NCBI GenBank assembly: GCA_031414595.1 | Contig: JANNVX010000106.1 | Coordinates: 1-64,000 of the forward strand | From: Deinococcales bacterium | Lineage (GTDB): Bacteria; Deinococcota; Deinococci; Deinococcales; JAAFIG01 | Direction: 5' to 3' | DNA: 64,000 bases | In this document: positions 50,201 through 57,695 of the stretch, piece after piece | Position numbering within the stretch: the first letter of the stretch is position 1 | Layout: each line of letters begins with the position of its first letter | Program-made: the position numbers and the translations under genes | The notes under the pieces: generated by a model | Databases searched by the model: none | The model's input: the letters and a program-made list of their open reading frames with translations, nothing else | Told to the model about the DNA's origin: nothing

Positions 50201-50359
50201 GCCAGCCGAAACAAAGTTCAAAGTGCTGTCCACACTTTTTTGTAAATTCTCGAGTTGCCCAAGCACAAAATAACCGTACATGTCGGAGTCTTGGAGCATT
50301 AAAGGCGAGTGCATCATCACCGAGCCAGCCGGATAAAGATAGGGAGGTTGATTGTCCAT
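47267..50359 (-). CDS. Fusion: acetoacetate-decarboxylase-like domain + FAD-dependent oxidoreductase
   Basis: N-terminal half has GRELFGYPK. C-terminal half has VLGGGVG, WRLGGKGAS, EHGLHIWFGFY and GDW...GCVEAA. Start placed at ATG 50359. Confidence 0.82.
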   Translation of the reverse strand: MDNQPPYLYPAGSVMMHSPLMLQDSDMYGYFVLGQLENLQKSVDSTLNFVSAGKLRFQVLSPYVLLTFTRVQHAYSQYPIDEDKGWIQETDIITWIMVGQMDAANKLERVFFYPFHIWVNDTMALINGRELFGYPKYDCQYTMPEPGSDPLNCTLNVKAFEPFSSSTEIAWLPLLEVSAIHTNRPHRPVKDFLTLIKEMLELLKTLPNFLDVSIVGWADLVSMLLVPRIDQIFLKQFPDSAGEKAVYQAVLAAPARIDKIHSVALLGYDYQVTLHQVASFPLADSLGLSLGTQTAILPFNLNFDFSVPAGEVLHDNSRLAPKKIAVLGGGVGSMTAAYYLTNQAGWQDQYEITVYQLGWRLGGKGASGRNAAFGQRIEEHGLHIWFGFYENAFAMIQEAYATLNRPAGAPLATWQDAFKPHDYIVLTEYIEENWKIWNLEFPKNKDTPGSSPESLGLLQAAKLLWTWISTWIHQAHEASAQPVLSSAIQHPDWLHQLAATAEKDVQDLAGDARVAVLALEGVFANLQNHQDRSWISAALRGIKKWLEHFLTQKLESNDTLRRIFICLDLGITVLIGILEDGVLEHGFDIINNIDFKNWLTKHGANQEFTVDSAPVRGFYDLVFAYENGDFSKPNAEAGTLLRAMMLIGLAYKGSIMYKMQAGMGDTVFSPLYQVLQARGVKFKFFHQVNELIPTKNSISSIKLTQQVHVSSGIEQYQPLVYVKGLACWGSTPNYDQILPEEAALLQANNINLESSWSNWGTVYQEHFGQPLPSITLEQGKDFDQIIFGISKGALSSLCPQLLEQSQALSTMNNAVQTVATQAYQVWLTKDLAELGWTYQPNGQQPVLSGYTEPFDTWAAMDQLLIREDWKAGNQDPKNVSYFCSALPVASYPPFTDSSFPAVIAAQVKQNAINQLQNQMQPLMPEAANNGAFHWDWLTDSSSAIGQDRFNSQYWRANIDPSEQYVLSVVNSTATRLETNQSGFDNLYLTGDWIKTGLNAGCVEAAVMAGMQTSRAMTGYPQIIKGEKDQR

Positions 50360-50441
50360 ACTTAGTTGTACCAGAAAAACCAAGGTAAGGCGTTTGGGTA
50401 CATGCTTCATAGAACTCAAAAATCAGCTATACTGCACTACC

Positions 50442-52115
50442 ATGAAGCAGCATTGGCAAATCCATAATTTAGGATACTTGCTTTTGCTATTGTTATTTTT
50501 GTCCCAAGAAGTCTTGGCGGCGACAGACTTTAGTCAAATTGAACGAATTGACTTAAGCAACAAAGGTGTTTTGTACCGCGCCGATACCACCCAAGTACCC
50601 AGCACAGAATCGCAAATAGACGCATGGCGTAAAAGCCTAACCCCAGTTCGTCAAGTCAGTTTAACAGGTGGTTCATACTGGTTTTTAGCCGACATCAAGA
50701 ACACCACCTTGTACCGCAATTGGGTTTTTGATCCGTATGGCACACTGATTAACACCATAGATGCCTATATTTTTAGCAGTGATGGTACAATCCGCAAACT
50801 CGAGACAGGCTATCAACGAAAATTACCCTATAGTCTGCATTATGGACAAAACATTTCACTCGAGCCAAATCGTACTTATCGTTTATTGGTGCTGCTGCAA
50901 AGCCCATACTTTGCTTCACAACCCGGCTTTCGGGTCATGCCCCAAGAAGAGTACCAACAACATGTGCTGCTCGAGAATTTCTTGGTCATTGCGGCGCTGG
51001 GTGCAATTTTGTGCTTGGCTTTATACAATCTTTTTATTTTCTCGAGTACCCGCGATAAGAGTCTGCTTTATTACGCACTTTACTTAGGTGTGACTTTTAT
51101 GGGTTGGGCATGGACTTTTCATATTCCCACAGCCCTGTTTGATTGGCATACCCTCCAGTGGCATTACCTTTGGTTTTTCTTAATTCCAATCACCAGCACC
51201 CTTTTTTACTTACAATTTTTACAAGTCAAAACATGGTCGCCTTTGCTGTATAAACTCAGTTGGGGCAATATTATTTTATCGGCGCTGCTGCTTCCCTCGA
51301 GTTTTCTGGCGATTTCGTACACCCACACCCTTGCGACCCTTTGTATCAGCATTCAACTGACCCTTGCCCTGATTTGTGGCGTGATTAGCTGGCGACGTGG
51401 TTTTCGCCCTGCTCGGTACTTTGTGCTTGCCTTTGTTGCGCTGCTAATACCGGGCTTATTTATTTTACCTGCCAATGTCGGTTTAATCCCAGACCTGCTC
51501 GAGAATGCCGAACTCTTAACCCTCTTAGGCACAACCTTGGACGGTTTACTGCTTGCCTTTGCGCTTGCCGAAAGAATCCGTACCCTACAAGCCGAACGCG
51601 ATGCCTCGCTGATTCGTGTCACCCAAGCCCTTGCTCTTGCCAACACCGACAGCATGACGGGTATTGGCAACCGCCATGCTTTTGATGCAGCGCTACAAGT
51701 GGCTTTTGCAAAAACCCCAGACCAAAGCGAAGCCGAGCAATTTATGCTGATGCTCATAGATTTAGACGGCTTAAAACGAATTAACGATCAATACGGTCAT
51801 GCTCGAGGTGATGATTTACTGCGCTCTTTTGCCTCTGCCTTAAAAGCCCTAGAATCCCAAGGTATCTCGAGTTTTCGTTTGGGTGGCGATGAATTTACTT
51901 TAATTACCCAACGCAAAAACGAAAAGACCTTGCGTCAAGCCATTTACCGCATCGAAAAAGAATTGCGTGAAGATGGTTTTGCCGATTTTGGTGCAAGTGT
52001 TGGGGTGGCGTATGGTTCTGAACACCAAAAATCTACCGAGGTTTTTAGTATTGCCGATGAACGAATGTACCAAGACAAAGCATTACGAAAAACAGGTCGC
52101 GCCACCGCAACGTAA
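50442..52115 (+). CDS. 7TMR-DISMED2 / 7TM-DISM / GGDEF diguanylate cyclase
   Basis: Signal peptide, periplasmic domain with YWF, LALYNLF..YY 7TM start, then TDSMTGIGNR, DLDGLK.IND.YGH..GD and RLGGDEF. Confidence 0.92.
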   Translation: MKQHWQIHNLGYLLLLLLFLSQEVLAATDFSQIERIDLSNKGVLYRADTTQVPSTESQIDAWRKSLTPVRQVSLTGGSYWFLADIKNTTLYRNWVFDPYGTLINTIDAYIFSSDGTIRKLETGYQRKLPYSLHYGQNISLEPNRTYRLLVLLQSPYFASQPGFRVMPQEEYQQHVLLENFLVIAALGAILCLALYNLFIFSSTRDKSLLYYALYLGVTFMGWAWTFHIPTALFDWHTLQWHYLWFFLIPITSTLFYLQFLQVKTWSPLLYKLSWGNIILSALLLPSSFLAISYTHTLATLCISIQLTLALICGVISWRRGFRPARYFVLAFVALLIPGLFILPANVGLIPDLLENAELLTLLGTTLDGLLLAFALAERIRTLQAERDASLIRVTQALALANTDSMTGIGNRHAFDAALQVAFAKTPDQSEAEQFMLMLIDLDGLKRINDQYGHARGDDLLRSFASALKALESQGISSFRLGGDEFTLITQRKNEKTLRQAIYRIEKELREDGFADFGASVGVAYGSEHQKSTEVFSIADERMYQDKALRKTGRATAT

Positions 52116-52140
52116 CAGGTCGCGCCACCGCAACGTAACA
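52091..52140. repeat. Perfect 23-bp tandem duplication spanning the GGDEF gene stop codon
   Basis: AACAGGTCGCGCCACCGCAACGT twice, then AACA. Confidence 0.95.
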
Positions 52141-52183
52141 CAGGACTTGTTTTTCCCAAGCAAGCATGTATAAACTTATTTTG

Positions 52184-52268
52184 GTCAACGGGAGTGCCGT
52201 CCTTAAAAACGCGGCTGAGAAATATCCCCTGAACCTGACGCGGTTAATACCGCCGTAGGGAGCGTGAC
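52184..52268 (+). ncRNA. TPP riboswitch
   Basis: GGGAGTGC...GCTGAGA..ATCCC.TGAACCTGA..CGG.TAATACCG.CGTAGGGA consensus, upstream of a thiamine SBP gene. Confidence 0.95.
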
Positions 52269-52329
52269 TGGACACTCGAGACACTTGAGGGTCTGACGCT
52301 TCCTCTTTCCCAAAGAAAGGGGATTTTTT

Positions 52330-53352
52330 ATGAAAAAAGTAGTTCTGGTTGGTATAATGGCATTGGCAGCAGGATTCTCGAGCGCTCAGCAACGCACTTT
52401 AACGGTTGTGACCCACGATTCATTTAATTTAAGTAAAGAAATCGTGCAGGGCTTCGAGACTCGAGAAAATATCAAGCTCGCCTTTATTAAAGGTGGCGAC
52501 GCGGGGGCAATGACCAATCGCCTTATCTTGACCGCACAAAACCCAATTGCCGATGCAGTCTACGGGATTGATAACACCTTATTGGCTCGAGCCTTAAACG
52601 CGGGTATCTTTGAACCTTACCGCCCAAAAGCTGCCGCCTTACTCGAGAAGAACACGCTTCTGGACAGCAAATGGCGTATCAGTCCAGTGGATTATGGCTA
52701 TGTCGCCCTCAATTATGACTTGGCATGGTTTGAAAAAAATAAATTGGCACTACCAAAAACCCTCGAGGATTTAACCAAACCCACCTACAAGGGCTTACTG
52801 GTTGTCGAAAACCCTGCGACCTCGAGTCCGGGACTGGCTTTTTTACTTTCGACCATTAAGCACTTTGGGGAGACTCGAGCTTTTGCCTTCTGGGAAGCCC
52901 TAAAGAAAAACGATCTTAAAGTTACAAGTGGCTGGGAAACTGCCTACTACACCGATTTTTCTCGCAATGGTGGCTCGAGACCAATTGTCGTTTCGTATGC
53001 TTCAAGTCCAGCCGCCGAAGTTTTTTATGGCGACGGGAAAACCCCAAGCACCGCCAATCTGCTCCTGCCCGGCTCGAGTTTCTTGCAAATCGAAGGGGTA
53101 GCAGTTCTAAAGGGTACAAAAAACCCAGACCTCGCCCAGAAATTTGTTGACTTTATGCTCGAGCCAAATACCCAAGCCGATATTCCAACTCAAATGTGGG
53201 TCTATCCAAGCCGAAAAGATATTGCGCTGCCAGATGTCTTTAAGTTCGCCGAAAAACCTGCTCAAAGCTCGAGCCTGTCGCCAAGCACCATTGCGAAAAA
53301 CGAGAAGCGCTGGGTGCAACGTTTTGTTGAAGTGGTACTGCAAAACCGTTAA
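52330..53352 (+). CDS. thiB: Thiamine ABC transporter substrate-binding protein
   Basis: VVTHDSF, GIDN, DYGYV..NYD, PATSSPGLAF, GW..AY and VVSYASSP motifs; TPP riboswitch upstream. Confidence 0.93.
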   Translation: MKKVVLVGIMALAAGFSSAQQRTLTVVTHDSFNLSKEIVQGFETRENIKLAFIKGGDAGAMTNRLILTAQNPIADAVYGIDNTLLARALNAGIFEPYRPKAAALLEKNTLLDSKWRISPVDYGYVALNYDLAWFEKNKLALPKTLEDLTKPTYKGLLVVENPATSSPGLAFLLSTIKHFGETRAFAFWEALKKNDLKVTSGWETAYYTDFSRNGGSRPIVVSYASSPAAEVFYGDGKTPSTANLLLPGSSFLQIEGVAVLKGTKNPDLAQKFVDFMLEPNTQADIPTQMWVYPSRKDIALPDVFKFAEKPAQSSSLSPSTIAKNEKRWVQRFVEVVLQNR

Positions 53353-53505
53353 ATCCAGAAATAACTTCTCGATTTGCGGAATTCCAAAACATGAACTGTC
53401 ACAGGGCGAACACAAGGTTCGCCCCTACAGAACAATGTTTTTTCGTAGGGGCGATGCTTGCGACCATGCCCGTGAGGTGCATCTTATGGTCAAGAAGTCA
53501 TCGCC
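53353..53505. repeat. REP doublet with 61-bp shared flank and an inserted mini-element (copy D, 53460-53496)
   Basis: AGGGCGAAC-ACAAG-GTTCGCCCCTAC, a spacer, then GTAGGGGCGATGCTT[GCGACC...GGTCAAGAA]GTCATCGCC. Confidence 0.85.
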
Positions 53506-53587
53506 TTGCGATTCACGGATGTTAATTTCGGACAATTCCTAAGCAGTGGTACTAGAACTTGCCCCACCACTCGAGTATTGTGCTTAT

Positions 53588-54016
53588 ATGATTCGACAGG
53601 CTACCCTTTTTGACCTAGAGACCATCTTGCCACTCTTTGATGCCTACCGCCAATTTTACAAACAAGCCCCTGATTTAGACGGCGCAAGGGTGTACTTAAA
53701 AGCCAGACTCGAGAATGGTGAGACCACGATTTTTATTGACCAAAGCAACTCGGCTTTTGCGCTGCTGTACGACACTTTCTCGAGTGTCCCAATGCAGCGC
53801 TTAACCATTCTGAACGATTTGTACACCAAGCCCGAAGCTCGAGGACAAGGACTTGGGACTGCTCTAATTCAGGCTTCTCGAGAACATGCCCTAAAAATGC
53901 AGTCAGTGTTTTTACGGCTTCGCACCGCCCAAGATAATCTAAGCGCCCAAAGTGTCTATGAAAAAATTGGATTTGTCAAAGACGACGTGTACCTGACCTA
54001 CAACCTTAAGCCGTAA
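53588..54016 (+). CDS. GNAT acetyltransferase
   Basis: LFDAYRQFY, LNDLY...ARGQGLG..L and N..AQ..YEK.GF motifs. Confidence 0.9.
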   Translation: MIRQATLFDLETILPLFDAYRQFYKQAPDLDGARVYLKARLENGETTIFIDQSNSAFALLYDTFSSVPMQRLTILNDLYTKPEARGQGLGTALIQASREHALKMQSVFLRLRTAQDNLSAQSVYEKIGFVKDDVYLTYNLKP

Positions 54017-55154
54017 GTATCCCAATGCGCCTGACTGCCTCGGCAATTTGCTCCAAACTACAGGCATAAGAAAGGCGCACCTTGCCAAATGCCCTAAAAT
54101 CCGTACCGGGGACAACCGCAACTTTGGCTTGCTCGAGAATAATTCTGGCAGCTTCGGTTTCGTCGGTGTGAATGCGGGTGGTGTCTGCCAGCACATAAAA
54201 TGCGCCATCTGGGGTTGGGGTCGGGCAACCAATCGCGTTTAAGCCAGCCACAATCGCATTGCGGCGTTCAAAAAAAGCGGCTCTAGCACTTTCAATATAG
54301 GCTTTGCTATCGCTTAGGGCAGCTATCGTTGCCCATTGTGCAATGCTGTTGGCGCTGCTGGTGGTCTGCCCTTGAATTGCGTCCATGGCTTTAATCACGT
54401 GGGCTGGCGCAGCCGCAAAACCAATCCGCCATCCCGTCATGCTGTAGGCTTTGCTTGCGCCGTTAATCGTAATCACCCGCTCAGGGTTGAATGTTGCCGC
54501 ACTGATGGGTAATGCCCCTGTGTACGTGATGTGTTCGTACATTTCATCGGTCATCACCCAGAGGTCGTGCTTTTCTGCCAATTTCATAATCTCAGCGATG
54601 GTGGTGTCGGAATAAACCACACCTGACGGATTACTTGGGCTATTAAGAATAATCATCTTGGTTTTAGCCGTCACAGCCTTCTCGAGCGCCCCGAGTTCCA
54701 ACTGATAGCCATTGCCCGCATCGGTATCCACAAAAACTGGAACACCACCAAACATTTGGACTTGCTCGGGGTATGTGACCCAGAAGGGGGCTGGAATAAT
54801 CACTTCGTCGCCGAGGTTAATCAGGGCAAAACAAGCGTTATAAAGGGCTTGTTTACCGCCACCTGTGACTTGAATTTGGTTGATGCCATACTCGAGGTTA
54901 TTCTCGCGCTTGAACTTTGCAGCAATTGCTTCGCGCAGTTCTGGTACGCCAAGACTCGGGGTGTACTTGGTCTTGCCCATTTTTAAGGCTTCCCGAGCCG
55001 CATCTTTAATGTGTTCAGGGGTATCAAAGTCTGGTTCGCCGACCGACATCGAAATAATGTCTACACCAGAGCGTTTTAATTCCATGGCTCGAGCCGTTAC
55101 TGCAACGGTACTCGAGGCTTTCAGTTTGGTGGTGGCAACGGATAATGGTTTCAT
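54006..55154 (-). CDS. Aspartate aminotransferase (class I/II)
   Basis: VGEPDFDTP, GGKQAL, NSPSNPSG, DEMY and SKAYSMTGWRIG motifs. Confidence 0.93.
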   Translation of the reverse strand: MKPLSVATTKLKASSTVAVTARAMELKRSGVDIISMSVGEPDFDTPEHIKDAAREALKMGKTKYTPSLGVPELREAIAAKFKRENNLEYGINQIQVTGGGKQALYNACFALINLGDEVIIPAPFWVTYPEQVQMFGGVPVFVDTDAGNGYQLELGALEKAVTAKTKMIILNSPSNPSGVVYSDTTIAEIMKLAEKHDLWVMTDEMYEHITYTGALPISAATFNPERVITINGASKAYSMTGWRIGFAAAPAHVIKAMDAIQGQTTSSANSIAQWATIAALSDSKAYIESARAAFFERRNAIVAGLNAIGCPTPTPDGAFYVLADTTRIHTDETEAARIILEQAKVAVVPGTDFRAFGKVRLSYACSLEQIAEAVRRIGILTA

Positions 55155-55172
55155 TTCGGGGTAGTATAATCT
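55155..55172. promoter_or_regulatory. Overlapping bidirectional -10 boxes for two leaderless genes
   Basis: The 18-bp gap between divergent ATGs contains TAGTATAAT (TATACT on the minus strand). Confidence 0.6.
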
Positions 55173-55595
55173 ATGAAACAAGCCCTTGCCCATATTGCCC
55201 TTGTGGTACGTGATTACGACGAGGCGATTGCGTTTTACACCCAAAAACTTGGTTTTATACTGCTCGAGGACTCATACCAGCCAGAGCAAGATAAACGCTG
55301 GGTGGTGGTTGCCCCTGCCAACTCGAGTGGGGCGACAATTTTACTGGCGAAGGCATCCGAACCCGAACAAGAAGCCTTTATTGGCAATCAAGCGGGTGGT
55401 CGGGTGTTTTTGTTTTTGGCAACCGATGATTTTGGGCGTGATTACCAAACCATGCTCAAGGAAGGTATCGAGTTTATTCGTCAACCCAAAACCCTCGAGT
55501 ACGGCACAGTGGCAGTCTTTAAGGATTTATATGGCAACTTATGGGATTTAATCGAGTATGCACCTAACCATCCGATGCGTGTTAGGTTGCTTTGA
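55173..55595 (+). CDS. VOC/glyoxalase family protein
   Basis: [16 protein letters not shown] and [17 protein letters not shown] motifs. Confidence 0.92.
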   Translation: MKQALAHIALVVRDYDEAIAFYTQKLGFILLEDSYQPEQDKRWVVVAPANSSGATILLAKASEPEQEAFIGNQAGGRVFLFLATDDFGRDYQTMLKEGIEFIRQPKTLEYGTVAVFKDLYGNLWDLIEYAPNHPMRVRLL

Positions 55596-56688
55596 TGATT
55601 TCTATGTGACTGCTGACCTGCTCGAGCCGTTTCATATTTAAGCTCACGCCGATGCCGAAGCCTTCTGGAACGGGCATAAAACCGTTTGTTGCTTCGAGGG
55701 CTTCGTTGGTGATGTCGGCTTGGAAGTACCGACTGGCACTCGAGGTATCACCCGGTTTTGTATAATTTGGCAGGGTCGAAAGATGAATGTTGTGCGCTCT
55801 GCCAATCCCGCTTTCGTGCATTCCACCACACCAGACTGGCGCTCCAAATGAAGCCGCGACATCATGAACCCGCCGTGCCTCGAGATGCCCACCAACCCGT
55901 CCGACTTTAATGTTAATCACTCGCGCCGCCCCGATTTGCAAGGCTTTGCGACTGTCCCCAGCCGAGAGAATACTTTCGTCTAAGCAGATGGGGGTCTGTA
56001 ATTCTTTTTGGATTTGCTGATGGTCAAATAAATCATCAAATGCCAAAGGTTGCTCGAGATAATCGAGCTTGTACTGGTCGAGTTGGCGTAGCGTATTTAA
56101 GTCTCCGAGGGTATAGGCACTGTTGGCATCCACGGTCAGGTGGGCTTCGGGGAAGGCTTGGCGCACAGCTTTGACCACGGCTAAGTCATGGTTTGGTTTG
56201 ATTTTGAGTTTAATCCGTTTGTAGCCCTGCTCGAGGGCGGCACTTGTTTGTTCTAAGGTTTTGGCAATACTGCCAATGCCAAGGCTCACGCCGACTTCAA
56301 CACTGCGTTTTTGTCCACCGAGTAAAGTCCAGAGTGGTAATTGTAAAGACTTTGCCCAGCAATCCCAGAATGCCATTTCAAGCATCGCAAAAGCCATGCG
56401 ATTGCCACGCCAAATTCGCATTTCGTCAGATAAGGCTTGTGGATTGGCAAATTCGCGCCCCAGAACCTGCGGCAGCAGTGTATCACGCAGAAAACCAACT
56501 GCACCAACGATTGTTTCCTCGCGGTATTCGGGGGTGGCATCCATCACCCCTTCGGCGTAGCCTTCGATACCGTCTGCCCGAAGCCTTAAAAGTGGGAAAA
56601 TTTTATTGGTAATCACCGCATTGGAAAATTCAAAAGGATGAAGTAATGGCAAATTTACAATACGAATTTCTACTTGCTCGAGTTTCAT
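55582..56688 (-). CDS. N-succinyl/N-acylamino acid racemase / o-succinylbenzoate synthase (enolase superfamily)
   Basis: [32 protein letters not shown] and PGDTS.S motifs. Confidence 0.92.
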   Translation of the reverse strand: MKLEQVEIRIVNLPLLHPFEFSNAVITNKIFPLLRLRADGIEGYAEGVMDATPEYREETIVGAVGFLRDTLLPQVLGREFANPQALSDEMRIWRGNRMAFAMLEMAFWDCWAKSLQLPLWTLLGGQKRSVEVGVSLGIGSIAKTLEQTSAALEQGYKRIKLKIKPNHDLAVVKAVRQAFPEAHLTVDANSAYTLGDLNTLRQLDQYKLDYLEQPLAFDDLFDHQQIQKELQTPICLDESILSAGDSRKALQIGAARVINIKVGRVGGHLEARRVHDVAASFGAPVWCGGMHESGIGRAHNIHLSTLPNYTKPGDTSSASRYFQADITNEALEATNGFMPVPEGFGIGVSLNMKRLEQVSSHIEIIKAT

Positions 56689-56698
56689 AGGTCTCCTT

Positions 56699-56738
56699 CC
56701 TCGCTATTCAAACACATCCCTCGCTATTCAAATACATC
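56699..56738. repeat. 20-bp tandem duplication spanning the RpiR gene stop codon
   Basis: CCTCGCTATTCAAACACATC / CCTCGCTATTCAAATACATC (one mismatch). Confidence 0.9.
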
Positions 56739-57533
56739 AAAGTCTTCGAGTAATGCTTCGAGTTCTTGTCGGCGGGTTGGGTCGGTGCGTTGGGCTGTGC
56801 CAATAATTAGTAAATGCGCGAGGCTCGAGATTAAACCAGTCGCGCCGTATTGTTGAATGGCTTGGCTAGGAACACGAATCACATGGTTGGCATGTGGGAC
56901 AAGTGGGGAGTTACCGTTGTCAGTAATCAGAATAAGTTTTGCACCTCTACTCTTTAGGGTTGTGGCAATCTGAGTGGTGGCTCGGGCGTAGCGGCGGGTG
57001 GCAAAGATAAGGAGTACGTCTTGGGGGCTGGTCTCGAGCAGGGCTTCTGGGCTGATGATGGCATTTGGCTCGAGCAGATGCACCCCATTTCGGACTCCAG
57101 ACAAGAGTTGATGGGTCAGTACGGCGTGTCCAAAGTTAGAGCGTGACCCCAAAATCCAAATTTGTTTGGCGCTAGCTAGGGTTTCACAGACAGCCTCGAG
57201 CAGGTTATCTGAGGTGCGGCTGAGTTCTTCTAAGTTCTGTTTTTCACGTGTCCAGTATTCGGCGAACAGTCCTTCTTTGCTTTCTGGCACACTTGGGGCT
57301 TGTTGCTCACGCAAGGCACGGCGTAAGTCGCGGCGTAAGTCTGGGTAGCCTTCAAAGCCGAGGCGTTGGGCAAATCGTGTGATGCTCGAGGCGCTAAGTT
57401 CAAGTTGGGCAGCCAGTTCTGCGCCAGTCAGTAGCGGGGCTTGGTCAAGGTTTGCCAGTAAATAGCCAGCGATTTGTGTGTCGGACGGTGAAAAGTCGGC
57501 GGTGTTGTGGTCTATGCGTTCGCGCAAATTCAT
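56724..57533 (-). CDS. RpiR/MurR family regulator (HTH + SIS)
   Basis: ELA....S.SSITRFAQRLGFEGY.DL, followed by an SIS domain with LITD..SP. Confidence 0.92.
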   Translation of the reverse strand: MNLRERIDHNTADFSPSDTQIAGYLLANLDQAPLLTGAELAAQLELSASSITRFAQRLGFEGYPDLRRDLRRALREQQAPSVPESKEGLFAEYWTREKQNLEELSRTSDNLLEAVCETLASAKQIWILGSRSNFGHAVLTHQLLSGVRNGVHLLEPNAIISPEALLETSPQDVLLIFATRRYARATTQIATTLKSRGAKLILITDNGNSPLVPHANHVIRVPSQAIQQYGATGLISSLAHLLIIGTAQRTDPTRRQELEALLEDFDVFE

Positions 57534-57579
57534 GGGTTGACCTCGAGAAAGGTATTCTAATGGCTTTTGTGGTCAAAAC

Positions 57580-57633
57580 TTGCAAAATAAATTGCAAACT
57601 GCTAGGCTAATCTAGCAAGATAAATTGCTAGAT
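57580..57633. promoter_or_regulatory. Two palindromic operators, probably for RpiR
   Basis: TTGCAA-AATAAA-TTGCAA and ATCTAGCAA-GATAAA-TTGCTAGAT, between the divergent rpiR and SBP genes. Confidence 0.65.
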
Positions 57634-57695
57634 GCAAGATAAGCGTCCGCCGACAGGCTGTTGTGGTTGATCGTCCTCGAGATACAAGGAGAACT

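Noticed and set aside
52091-52140. 23-bp direct repeat as a CRISPR array
   Set aside because: The copies are adjacent with no spacers, there are only two units, and no cas genes are present. It is a duplication of the gene end.
55582-56688. Assigning the symbol menC
   Set aside because: There are no menaquinone genes nearby, and the sequence and context fit the racemase subfamily, so function is left open.
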